Source: Isurus oxyrinchus (lineage: Eukaryota). Taken from it: a stretch of 64,000 nucleotides of DNA. Positions within the stretch are counted from its first letter, which is position 1, and every line of letters begins with the position of its first letter. Below are positions 49,878 to 62,723 of this stretch, in pieces. The stretch is from positions 744,001 through 808,000 of the forward strand of contig JANJGN010000036.1 in the NCBI GenBank assembly GCA_026770705.1, written 5' to 3'. The notes under the pieces are model-generated. The model saw nothing but the letters and a program-made list of their open reading frames with translations. It was not told the origin of the DNA and did no database searches. The position numbers and the translations under genes were made by a program.

Positions 49878-52800
49878 ATGAGCTTCCTCGGTGTGTGTGT
49901 ATTGTCTCAGATCTTCCACGGTGAGATATGCTAACATGTTCAGGTATAACGGGGAAGGGTTGGGATAGAATAAATAAGGAAAATTTATTTTCACTGGCAG
50001 GAGAGCTGGAAATCAGAATGACACAGATTGAAGAGAATCGGCCAGAAAACCAGAGTGGGAAACAAGAAGAATGTTTTTTTTAACTAAGCGTGTTGTTGTC
50101 ATCTTGAAGGCTCCGTATGAAAGAGCCTTGGAAGCAGATTCAACAGCAACTTCCAAAAGCGGAATTGGATGAATACTTGAAAGGGAAACATTTGCAGGGG
50201 TATTGGGGAAGGAGCTGGCGGGAGATTGGGTGTTAATTGGATAGGTGTCTCAAGGTTCCAGCTCTCTGAAGGGCTGAATGGCTTCAGCCTGCGCTGTGTG
50301 GTTCTTTCAGGTGTAATTCAGGTATCAAGTTCGGTGTACAAATAGAACGAATATCGTCAATGACGTGGAAAATGTACATCCGTCAGGAACAATGAATGCA
50401 ATTAATCTGAAATGTAAACTCTCCTGGAATAAAATATGTGATTTGGCTCCATTGACATTATTGGCAATTGTGGAGAGGAAAGAGTTTCAAGTGGATCATT
50501 AGAGTAGGTTATAATCTCTTGACCTAAATAAAGCACCCAAAATCAGCTGAGAAGAGGGAACAAAGGGTAGATTAGATGAAAATAAAACATTCGGAAAATT
50601 TAGCTTTGAAGCAGCTCTTTGAAGTTATTAACTTCACACAGTTCCGAAGTCGGATTCCCAGTGATTAAATCAGATTTACTTCTGAATGAACTCCTACTGT
50701 GCCCTTGGAAAGACAGGAATAAAATGGTGCAAGCAACCGATTTGCGTGATTTTTTGATGTAGGCTATGTTTTTAAACGAGTGTACTTCCTCCCTATCGGG
50801 GTGCCTTTACCAGAGGCAGGCTTCAGGAGAGAGGACGTCAGGGTGTGGGGTGGCGGGAAGCGCCATAACCTGGAGTAAATCTTGTTTATTTCTCTCTTGC
50901 TTAGTTATTATGTCTCAGCCGATCTTGTCTCAATCTCCGCCGGTTCAGACACTCCCTGCGGGGAGCCGCGCTAAACTGAGCTGCCACATGGGGAGCTCAG
51001 TAGCTGAGTATGTCTTCTGGTACAGACAGCGGGAGCGAAACGACATGAAGCTGGTTTACACAGCGGGCAAGTACCTCCAAGCAGTGGGGAGATTTTCCAG
51101 CGAGATTTCTGAAAAAGAGGATTATTATGCACTGCTCATTGCGGATACCCGGAGAAATGATTCTGGAATGTATTACTGTGCAGTCCGCAATTACCAGAAC
51201 CTGGCCCAAATATTCGGAAATGGCTCCCAGGTAGTGATTACAGGTAAATTTAATCATTAGTTCATTGAATTGGGCATTCCTTAAGCAATAAAAAGTGTCT
51301 GGATTGAACTCTTAATGGGGCTTCTGTTTCATTTGCCAAATGTAGAGGGCTCCCCCACCATATTCCTCCTCACTCCACCGGAGGATGAGATTCCTTCGAT
51401 GAAAAGAGTTCCATTTTTCTGTTTAATCAGAGGCTTGTCCACTGATTCACTCCCCCGCTGGAATGTTTCTGGACGGGATTCAGAGGGACAGACTGATTCC
51501 GGGACAATTGAGATGGACGGGACCTACACCATCAGGAGTTACACCAACCTCTTGGCGGAAACCTGGAGCAGCGGCGCTCTCTGTACTTGCAGCGTTCAAA
51601 TCAACTCCAGTGAAAACCTCCTCAGTGCAAGTGTCTCATCTCAGAGAGGTAGCTATTAAGAGTGACCGTTTACCAATCTATTTAATGCTGATTTGAGGTT
51701 TTGTCAATTTTCAAAATTAGAATCGTCCATCTTTCCGTGTGTCCATGTATCATCACTTTGTCATTGACCTATTACAGGTCTCTCAAAATTTCAGAATTTA
51801 GCTTTCTGAATTTTCAACACTATCTGTTCTCCCTACCCCAGAGAGATATTGGTGTTCAGACACTGAGATAGATGTTTGTACACTAAGGGAAAAAGAGATG
51901 TCGACAATGCAGGAATGTGAAATGTTTGTACAAGATTAGCCATGGCCCTATTGAATGGCACATCAGCTTTGAGGGACCGAATGGCCTCCTGCTCCGATTT
52001 CCTGCGTTCTTGTTCCTGGTCAGGCATATTGACATGGTTGCATGCTATTGGATGACTTGTCAGTGTGCAAAATTGAAATGTGCGATTACATTCCCACTGT
52101 ACCACTTTGTCTCATCATGCCTGTCTACCTTCTCTATTTATCTCTATCTTCTTAACATTCACAATATCATTGCCTGTCTCAGTTAAACAGTGAGGGAAAA
52201 GATATTTTCTGAACATGTCTATCTGTTCATCTATCTATCTATGTTTTTTCTCTCTCTCACTCTCAATAAATCAATTTCTGTCCGAGCGCAGTTTAATATA
52301 TCTGACCCATCTGTCTGTCTGCCTGCCTGACTCTGTCTGTCTTTCTCTGTCTCTCTCTCTCTCTCTGAGTTCCTCTCTCTCCAACTGCCACTCTCTGTCT
52401 GTGTCTCTCTCTGTCACTCTCTCTGTTTGTCTGTCGCTTTATATCTGCCTCTTTCTCTGTCTCTATTGATTTATTTATTGATCCCTGTATTTAACTATCT
52501 CACTCTTCCTCTGATTATCTTGTCCATTTCTACTGTGGTTAAATGATGTGGAATATGGCATGCAGTCCATTTACCTATCTACTCACCTCTCCCCCGCCCT
52601 CTCCACCTCTCTCTCGCTCTCTCTCTGTCTTTCTGTTTCTCGTTGTCTCTCTCTTGCACTCCCTCTGTATCTGTCTCTAACTTTCTTTCTCTCATTCTAT
52701 CCTTTTTTACCCTCTGTAAACAGCTCTGTATAAGCTGTCATCGCTAACNNNNNNNNNNNNNNNNNNNNNNNNNNNNNNNNNNNNNNNNNNNNNNNNNNNN

Positions 52801-54393
52801 NNNNNNNNNNNNNNNNNNNNNNNNNNNNNNNNNNNNNNNNNNNNNNNNNNNNNNNNNNNNNNNNNNNNNNNNNNNNNNNNNNNNNNNNCCCTCTATTTTT
52901 GTCCGGTTTGAACGATGTTCTCTCAGACCTCTTCTCTCAGTCCCTCTCTCTGTCTCCCTCCCTCTCTCTCTCTCTATCTGTCGATCTATCTCTCTGTCTC
53001 TTTCTCACTCTCCCCCTCTCTATCTAGATCTCTCTTTCATTTCATATATCTCTATCAACCGATTTCTCTATGTATTTCTATCCTAGTTAATCTGTTGTGC
53101 GTCATATATCAGCTTTCCCGATCAGTCTCTCTCCATCTCTGTCTATATTACTATTTATGTACTGTTTATACAGTGCTCTATCATATCTCTGCTTTCTCCT
53201 GCTACCCATCTCTCCACCTCTCTCTCTCTCTCTCTATTTCTTCACCCTCTTTCTACTTCTGTCCTGTTTCACCATTGTTCTGAAAGATTTCCGCTCTATT
53301 TCAGGGTGATGATGCTTGCATGAAATCTATTTCCGTTTTCTGGTGAAATTATACATGCAAATTGGCAACATTTTTCTTGTTTAATTAATTCCACATACTT
53401 CTTTAAATGGGCGTTTCATATTTTTATTTGCAGATTCTGTGCTCCCTACCACCTGCAGTTTCCCACTTTCCGGGAGTTTGTCAGCAGCAGCGCTTCTCCT
53501 TCTGGGGATGATCCTTGTGGCCGGAAGAAGGCGCTGCAGGAACCGGCAGACAGGTAGCGATTGTTGGGAAATGCTGTAACTCCACGGCGCTCTCAAGCCA
53601 TCCAGTTATAAATGGGATATTGACATTTTCAGCCCGTTCAATGTGAAATGTAGCCACTTATGCTCTGTTCAAATTTTACTTTCTAGCAGGGGACATGAAT
53701 ATCGATGAGAAACTGACAGATTCAAGAGGAAAACATGGGAATAAAGAGGTAAAATAATGGAATTCTTGTTGCCTTTACGCGTGGATGCTTCACCTAATTT
53801 CAATGCAAGGTTTAAATTTCATAGTTATTGTTATATAAGTCTAGACAACTTTGCGTACTGAGCACCACCGGATAGCATAAACAAGGCTTCAATCCCTCGA
53901 GTGCAGAAGATTAAGGGGTGAACTAACTGAGGTCTTGACGATTTCTAAAGGATACAAAAGTTTCAATGGAGCAAAACTATTTCCTCTTGTTAGGTTGGGA
54001 AGCAGGGTGTGCAGAACAAGGGGTAGAACAGTCAAATTAGAGCCGCCCTTTCAGAGGCGATAACTGGGAGCAATTCGTCACACAGAAGCGAGTGGAAATC
54101 TGGAACTCTCTCTCCTGCAAAGCTGTTGAGGGTGCAGGAATAATTCGAAATTTCAAAACTGAGATTGATAGATTTTTGTTGGTTAAGGAGATTAAGGATT
54201 GTGGAACCAAGGCGGTTAGATGGGAGTTATGATACAGACCCGCCATACTCTTATTGAATAGGCTGGAGGAGCTGAATAGCCTCCTCCTATCCCTAGGGTG
54301 ATGGTATTCGTTGTGGTGACGGATTCTGCTTCAACGTTTTCTCCACAGACACTTTACGCCCGCTTGGCCTTTAAGGAGGATCCCAGACTCTGA
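49878..54393 (+). CDS. Gene B3: intact paralog of B1 (VJ-C1-TM-TxYxxL), 302 aa, 6 exons
   Basis: Exons: 49878-49920 (MSFLGVCVLSQIFH); 50905-51243 (V-J, FGNGSQVVIT); 51346-51648 (C1); 53434-53553 (DSVLPTTC + TM); 53690-53748; 54349-54393 (TLYARLAFKEDPRL*). Same phases as B1; open throughout. Confidence 0.9.
50905..51243 (+). CDS. B3 germline-joined V-J exon
   Basis: ORF 50766-51260; same length as the B1 V exon (339 nt). Confidence 0.93.
51346..51648 (+). CDS. B3 C1-set constant domain exon
   Basis: ORF 51315-51659; one codon shorter than in B1. Confidence 0.92.
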
Positions 54394-57300
54394 TTGGAGA
54401 AGAAAGAACTAGAGAGATCACAATCTGCTTCCTGAACATGACATGTTGTAGAAAGTTTTGTCTGTTGGGCAGGAAAGTCGAAAATCCAACTGACGCAAAT
54501 TCAGGCGCATTGTTAGTGCAGTTTTGGATTTTGCCCAAAGCAGAGACTGATTTATCTCTTAATGCCCGCTATACTAACGATCAAATATTGCTGGCAGTTC
54601 CACCCTAGCCTCTCCAGGTTTCTGTGACCTGGTATTAGTGTTTATTATTGCATTCTGTATCTTTAGTCAATATGTCAGCAAGATGATATTCAAATAGGCT
54701 TTACAATGCATCTGTGCTCGAGTTACCTACATATTAAAACAGATTTGAAAACCAATAACAGCTCTGTGATTGGGGTTTTCTTGATCATTCAGATAAGATG
54801 AGCTCAGGTCTCTCAGAGGCCAATTTACAAATACATTTATAGAGCGAATGTAAGCAGGATAGAGGAAGGGTTAAGAACCGACAGGGAGTGGATGGGGATT
54901 TAGTTTGCATTGATAAGAAACTGCAGAATTAGTGGACCCTGAGCCTTTATGTTTGTTTCCTGGGTGGTAACAATGTTACATTTAATCTTGAAGGAAGATT
55001 ATTTACAATCCATCCGCCCTTTTGATAATGCCGTTCAGTGGATTTTACCGAGTAAAATCAGTGGTTCGAAGAATTTTAATTAAGGAAGAGACTATTCGGC
55101 CCTCCACGCCTGCGTCAGCTCTTGGAATATGCTCTTTAGTACCACACCACAGCCGTCTCCTCATGACCCAAAGAATTAACCCTCTTTTAGCACACCTCCC
55201 ATTAAATGTTAGCATCGTTCCTGCATGCACCACATCCCATCGGCTGTGACTGAAAACAGCTTGCTGGCCATGTTAATAATTTTCAAACATGAACACAATT
55301 TTCTCCCTCACATTAGAAGATCAGTCAAAAGCATGATTAAACTTCAGGTGATATTTCACTGAGGTGATGTAATATATTTTCAAGACACCTTTCATTTCAC
55401 CAATAGTGAAAAGCTGGCCTGGAAACGCTTGGTGTGCTGATTACTGATTTTTTTTTGTTGATTAAAGCCTGATCTGCAAAACCTCTTATGATTCCTGTTC
55501 GGTCCCAAATTAATTTTGGCTTATTTAGCTGTAAACACACATTCCTGTCAGATATTTTGGAGAGTTTGTCGCGACACATTGTAAGGTGCAGATGGAAAAC
55601 GTCATTCAGATGAACACAGCTCATCCAACTGGCAAGTTCCTGTCCTCCTCAACTTACAGGAAAACAACTGTTTCTTTAAGAACATAAAATTGACAGGGGA
55701 ATTTGTCAGCGCTTCCCTATTGTCCCCGCCCAGAAAACGATTCTCAGCGATTCTCTGTATTTCAACGATCTCCAGACAGCCGTCCTCTGAAAAATTGATG
55801 TATTGATTGTACACGCACATTATAGCCATTCAGTCCCTCTGTTTGGATGTGGTGTTCCATATGATCATGGCTGACGTTAGCAAATTGAGATGTTTTAACT
55901 ATGTTATACGTTTATTTGGGTTTGTTAAGTCTAAGGTACATCTTAAAGTTTAAGTTTAATATTTATTTTTTTCTATTTCTCGAATAAATCTGAAACCTGA
56001 AGCCTATTTTCATTTTTGAGTGGAAGCAGCAGGTCTAAAGCTGTTTGTATACTTCCGTTTCTAAAGGGAATTTATGACCTTTAAAGAGAAGGTAAAGTAA
56101 ACTCAAGAGTAGGAACGAAAACAGTGCTGTTGCCTAGCAATAGGTGTCCACGAACGGAGGCTCTCACACACNNNNNNNNNNNNNNNNNNNNNNNNNNNNN
56201 NNNNNNNNNNNNNNNNNNNNNNNNNNNNNNNNNNNNNNNNNNNNNNNNNNNNNNNNNNNNNNNNNNNNNNNNNNNNNNNNNNNNNNNNNNNNNNNNNNNN
56301 NNNNNNNNNNNNNNNNNNNNNNNNNNNNNNNNNNNNNNNNNNNNNNNNNNNTGAAAGCAGCTGCCAGAGTGAGGTTGGAGAGCAGAGGGTCAGATAGCAA
56401 ATCCCAAACTCTGAAGTTGAAGCCAAGGCTCCAGGTAAACAGGCGACTGGGAGAAGGGGCTGCGGAGAGATGATTTCCCAAAAGGGCCGAAAGCTTACAA
56501 GGCCAAGCAGTGAGACAGAAATGGGAGGACGCCCCAAGAAGTTCTTGTCAAATGAACAACAATAAAGTGGAGAAGGTCCTGCTACTTGAAATTAATAGTG
56601 AGGTGCTGAGGAAGAATCCAAGCTTCAACTTTAAAGGGAGAAAATTGCAGGGGGCAGAGGGGGAGGGTTGGCGATGGGTATGGATGATGCATCAATATCA
56701 CCTGTTTGGGGTGTCGGTTGGCTGGTGGGTGGAATTGATTGGATAAGTGGACGTACTCATTTTAGCAAGTAAAAGCTCCCTGGGGCGTCACTGCAAGGAA
56801 ATTCTGCTCATGGTGCTGCTAAACCTCCGCTCCTTTACTAGTGAGGGAGAAACACAATTGGACACCCACTCTGCTGCCGCTGGAAATGTTGGTTAATGAA
56901 CTGAATGACCCAATTCACTTCCAAGTTTGTGTATTGTTAAAGTGACTCATTAATCTGCTGGGAGACTATTTGACAGGAAGTAGTTGATGTGTACTTCAGG
57001 TACAAAATTGAACTGATTTGAAATATATAATAATGGATTCAAATATTTTAATGATGGATTTGAGGATTGTAGCCGATTTTCACACTTTGACACTGTTAAA
57101 CGGTATAACTTATTCTTGAAAATATATCAGATAAAAGATTGTATAAATGAATTGCTCAAAAGAATGCCTTAAATTTTAGTCGTTGATTATTCTGCGAGTG
57201 ATTCTGATTCATGGATCTGCCACCCATGTTGGATATCTGAATACTTCAGGATATTACAAAATGCATATGAATGGAAACCAGGTTGAATGATTTGCTCGGG

Positions 57301-58293
57301 TCAAAAAATTGTTGGCCTCGGTTTCGAAGTTATAACTATCAGGAAAAATTAAACAGGCCGGGGCTTGTTGCTGTAGAAAAGTGTAGGCTGAGGGGGTGAC
57401 CTGATAGAGGCCTTTAAAATTATGAACATGTTTGATACGGTAGACATAACTAGATATTCCCACTTGTGGCCGAGAGAACAGAACTAGGGCCATCAATATA
57501 AGTTAGTCACCAATAAAGCCAATCAGGAATGCAGGATAAAACTCTTTATTTATACAGTTTGGAGAATGTGCAACTCGCTCCCACAGGGAGAAGTCTGGGT
57601 GAGTCGCAGAGAATCATTGACGGTGGAATGAGGCCACGCACACCAGTGAGAAAGGTATAGAAGCATATGTCGATGGGGTGAGATGAAGAGGGGTGAGAGG
57701 AGTTTTGTTTTGAGCAGAAACACCAACACAGAGCAGATGGCCCATTCTCCGCTGGTACTCAGGAGTAATTCTGCCACAGAGAGACAGGTGGGAAGGCAGA
57801 TTCTGGGTGAAACAGTTACTAAACCATTAGCGTCATATATTAACTTTCTTCAATCTGGTGTGTTTTTGTTGACGCCAGAGTAAATTAATATTGTCTTGGT
57901 GAGTTAAACAGAATGCTCAGAATGAGGGACATTTCCCCTCTGCCCACGCGAATGTCATAAGTAGTAATATTGTTACCTTCAGCACCATAGCCTTTTGTCT
58001 CCACTTTGCACCAGCCTGGACTGTGCACCGCCTGTGACGCTTGTTTACCACGATCTGTAGTGGGTTGCCCTTTGCAGAAAGAGCCGTGTGTGGTCTCCTA
58101 AGCTGCAAACAGGAAAGCCTGAGCTAAAACCTACACTGAGCTGATTTTTCCAGTGAGTTATTTTTAAACGTTGCACATAATTTCCGCAGAATGTGCATTC
58201 GCACCAGGTCTTCTGTGCCCGGGTCCAGAAACAGCAGCGCCTGAGCGAAGAGACGGTGAAAATCTCATACCAACCAGGTCTGGATCGGGGACC

Positions 58294-61200
58294 GAGAGCT
58301 TCTTAATGTCCTGTGTGTTGCTGCATCTGTTTCCAGGTTTGACCCTTCTTCACTCCTCATTCAGGATGGTTTAAGACCACTGAGGTAATGAGTAGTCAAC
58401 CAAGTAGAAAATTATCCCCTTACCTATATTGTATAACATTAGGTTCATGTTGAAGGGCTGAATTATGTCCACCTGATCAAAATCGATCACATGTGAACAT
58501 TCTCGAATCTATCGGATCAGATATTAAACTGAGAACCTCTGAATGCAAAGGATCCCACTTCTACGATCAGCAGATGAACGGTTGTGGGGGCGGGGGCGGG
58601 GGTGTTGGGTAGGGGAAGAGGCTGCCGAGCTCCCTGGGGTGCGCCTGGAGCCAATATTTATCCCCCAAACAACATCATTAAAGTTATGATCTGGATCATA
58701 ATCATGTTGTAATTTATGGGTCTTATTGTGCGCAGTTACAGCTGCTGTGTTTCCTACATGACAACAGAGATGACACTGCAAAAAAAGTCCTTCATTATCC
58801 CTGAAGCGCCTCTTTCCCTCTTGTTCCTGTTATTGATTCAAATTTGACCCTTAATATTTGACACCATTAGTATTTATTAACGAGTGGATGGTCTAGTACA
58901 TATTTTACTGTTGTAGCCGATCCGCCATCTGTTTTATGACTCCCTGCCATAACGTTCTCCACAGTGTTGGCTTTGTAACTCTTCGATATTGTCTCTCAGG
59001 CAGTTTTGTGTCAGACTCCAAACGTTCAGAGTCTCTCACTTGGAAGCACCTACAAGATGTAGTGTGACACGGCTTGGTTGGCGGTGGTGGGAAGGGGAGG
59101 GGGATGTGGGAGGAGGGTGAGGGGGATGGTCAACTGGTATGAGTGGAACCATTGGATGCATATGCAATTGTTTTGCACCGTGACAGAATACAACTATCGA
59201 ACTGGGAGATAATTGAGAGCATTGCATCAGAATTGGCTCGCTGTGCTCTGAATATTGCAATGTTCGGCATGTATTGCAGTGTCAGCTAAGGAGATCAGTG
59301 GGGTGTCCTTTACGTTTTTAAGTGTTTCTAAAATTGCTCATCACAGGTGGAAACTACGATAATTTTGCAGATTACAACATCCAGTTGGAATAACCAGGAA
59401 GTTATTGCGAATAGTGATCGAATCTTAGAACCTGATCCCACCATGTTCTTCAATAATCGACCATTTAGCTCCACCTCCAGCTGAAATTCTCTCGATGTAA
59501 AGTGTCCCGCTGATGTGTTGTTGAAGTGTTAGGGCCCCGATTCCTTTGCTGTTCACGGGAATATTGCTGGCCGGGATCCCCATGGACCGAGCGATTCCGT
59601 GACAATTGAGCTGGACGGGACCTACCCCATCAGGAGCTGCATAATTCTCTGGGTGGAATCTTGAAGGTGTGGCGCTCTCTGTAATTACGCCATTCAAATC
59701 AGCTCCAGAGAAAACCTTCCAAGTGAAACTGTCTCATCTTAGAGAAGCAGCTATTAACAGTTACCCCATGCATTTAATGTGCGGTCTATTTGTTAGCAAT
59801 ATCTCTTTATATATTAAAACTCCGCCTTTCTAAGTGTCCACGTATCACTTTGTGAGCCCTTACCCTGTATCTCAACATTTTAGTGTTTAGCTTTCTCAAT
59901 TTTAAGTCCATTTTTTCTAGTTTGGATGAAAGCGTTTGGAGAGAGATAATCTACTTTTACATGTGGATGATTAATTAAAATCCCAATTTCCTGTTTACCA
60001 CTTTCTTGATTTCTCTATGCCTTAGCGGTATGCCATACAGTGCATTCTACCCTTCGGCTGGCTGCTGGTGTTTCTGCTCCAAAGGAACCTCCTACTACCC
60101 CTCTTGATCTGACCCCATCAACAGATCCTTCCGAGCTCTTCTCCCTCGTGTGTTTATACAGCGACACCCTTCATTCCATCTCACATTCTCCTTGGACTCT
60201 GGTTAAAGAGGTTTCTTCAGAACTGTGGATTGGATTGATTAGTGACTGTCCGATAGTGATGGCTTCTAGTTCTGGTCACCCCCAAAAAGTGCTAATACCT
60301 ACTCTACACCTACTCGAAAATCCCTTTCATAGTCTTAAAAACTTTGCTCAGGTCACCCCATACTCTTTTCTAGAAAAAAGAAGACAGCCTGTTCAAACTT
60401 TCCTGACTGTTACAACCTCTCAATTTAGGTATCATTCCAGTAAACCTTTGCTTTTTTGTCCCTTCCCCTGTGCCTCTATATTGTTTGAATAAGATGGAGA
60501 CCAGAATTCTTCACAGGACTCTAAGTGTGATCAACTGAAATTTTGATATGTTTATTGTCGGCTTTCTTATTTTCAATGCTTGGCCTGTTTTTTTTATCAC
60601 CTTATTAACCTCTGTCACTACTTTCAATGCTATCTGCACTTGTACCTCAGAACAGTCTGCTCCTGCATCCAATTAAAACTCTTATTTTCCAGTGAGTGTG
60701 TGGCACAAATCTTATCACCAAGCCTCACCCAAAAACGCAATTCTTATCCTTCACAGCGAAAGGGCCTCTATATAACTTTCCATCCAATAAAAAAATAAAG
60801 GAATCCGCTGGATGATTATAAGATAATTCCTTCACGCATGGCGGGCAAGCACTTAGCAAAAAATATGATAAATGAATATGGTGAAAACTCCTAAATAGAT
60901 GGGTTCTTTAAAGCAAGCCAGCAGCGATTTTTGAAAGTGTAATCATGATTAATGCAATTAATAACGATTGCTCTTTCTAGAATTGTCCGAGTGGACAGTT
61001 AAAGTGAATGCTGCAGATAGAACATGTATGGGGTTCCAAAAGGTATTCGTGTGATTGTGTTTTATAAATTTTTCTATATATTTCTTTCCCANNNNNNNNN
61101 NNNNNNNNNNNNNNNNNNNNNNNNNNNNNNNNNNNNNNNNNNNNNNNNNNNNNNNNNNNNNNNNNNNNNNNNNNNNNNNNNNNNNNNNNNNNNNNNNNNN

Positions 61201-62303
61201 NNNNNNNNNNNNNNNNNNNNNNNNNNNNNNNNNNNNNNNNNNNNNNNNNNNNNNNNNTATGTTTATCTATCCATCCATTCATCCGCCGCTCTCCCTCCCT
61301 ATCAATCTCTCATACACTGTCTATTTGTCTGCCTCTCTCTATCTAGCCATCAATATATCTTCAAATTAGTAAATCTCCTCCGCTCACCAAATCACGTTTA
61401 AATGTTTTTTGTAAGTGTGCTTGGCGCTGTTGGTCACAGTGACAAGACTCACACTGAGTGCCCATCCCGAACTGCCATCTGTAGGTGGTGCTGGAACTCC
61501 TTGAACCATGTGCAAGCGCAAAAAGGCTTGGGTTGCGGGATTTCTTCCCAAATACAATGAGAGATTTCAATTCTTGCTCCCGACCACCTGCAGTTTCCCT
61601 CTTTCCGGGACTTCATCTGCGGTGGTACTTCTCCTTCTGGGGTTGGGTATTGTGGCCGGGTGAAGGATTTCCTGGAGCCAGAAGACACAGGAGAGATGGT
61701 CGAGAGACTCTGTAACTCCGCAGCGCTCTCAATGCATCCATGTAGCACTGGGTTGTTGGCACATTCCGCTGTTTGAATGTGAAATGCAGCCATTTAGACA
61801 CCAATTAATCTCCACTTTCTATTAGGCAGAATAGGCAGTGATGCAGAACTGACAGATTACAGGGCACAGTCACAAGACAAGTCGGTAACTATGGATGAAA
61901 TTGTTTCCTAACATGCGTAGATACATTTCACTGAATTTTAATCCAATGTTTAAATTGAAAGTTACTGTCTTATGAGCCTGGGAGATTTTGCATAGTGCAT
62001 ACTGCAAGATAACACTGTTTACATGCCCTTTAACACTGTCACAATAGATGAAAACATAGATAGGTTTTTAACTGAATATGTAAATATTGAGATTGATAAG
62101 TTTTTGTTGGGTGAAGGGTATTATGTATTAGGGAACGAAGGCAAGGAGTTTAGGTTAAGATACAGATCTGTAAAGAACTTATTGGAAGGCAGAATATGCT
62201 TGAAGGACTGAATGGCCTGATGATGGCGTGGCTCACGATAATTGTGTTTTCTCTTACAGACTCCTTTTTCTTGATTGGTGTTTAATGCGGATCCCGCAGT
62301 CTG
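58294..62303 (+). pseudogene. C2: duplicate of pseudogene C1
   Basis: Leader 58294-58336, V-J ~58987-59346, C1 ~59440-59748, TM ~61570-61700 (PTTCSFPLSGTSSAVVLLLLGLGIVAG), terminal exon ~62260-62303 with an in-frame stop. Confidence 0.78.
58630..58785 (+). mobile_element. Deu-domain SINE fragment (duplicate copy)
   Basis: gctgctgtgtttcctacatgacaacagagatgacactgcaaaa. Confidence 0.65.
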
Positions 62304-62723
62304 ATTTCAAACAATATTGGGAGCTTAAGTTCTGCTTCCGGGCTATGATACGTAGTGCAAAGTTTCCTCTGTTATGTTCTTTTTGGAAGAAAGCCTGGAG
62401 GTGTGACCATTTCCAAGAGACAGCCATCACCAAAATTCTATTCCCGGCTTAATTCATGTTTGTTAATAATAATGAGCAAAGCAGCCCGCTGATTCATCAC
62501 CTAGTGTGGAGTCTTCAAGTCTGACACAGCAGACTCCATTTCAAGTCCTATTTGACTCCAGGGAATTTTAGCGTTCTGTTCAGTTTCGATGTCTTTTTGC
62601 TTTCTTGTGGTAATGTTTTTAAATTCATTGTGGATCTTGGCACACCGCGTGAGCAGGAAAGGGCGAATCAGTGTCCAAATTAGCAATCCATTAAACACGG
62701 TTTGAAACCCTAGCATTGAATTT

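Larger units (their letters stand above)
47715..62723 (+). repeat. Segmental duplication copy 2
   Basis: Colinear with 1750-21075; visible homology ends at the Penelope insertion. Confidence 0.88.
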
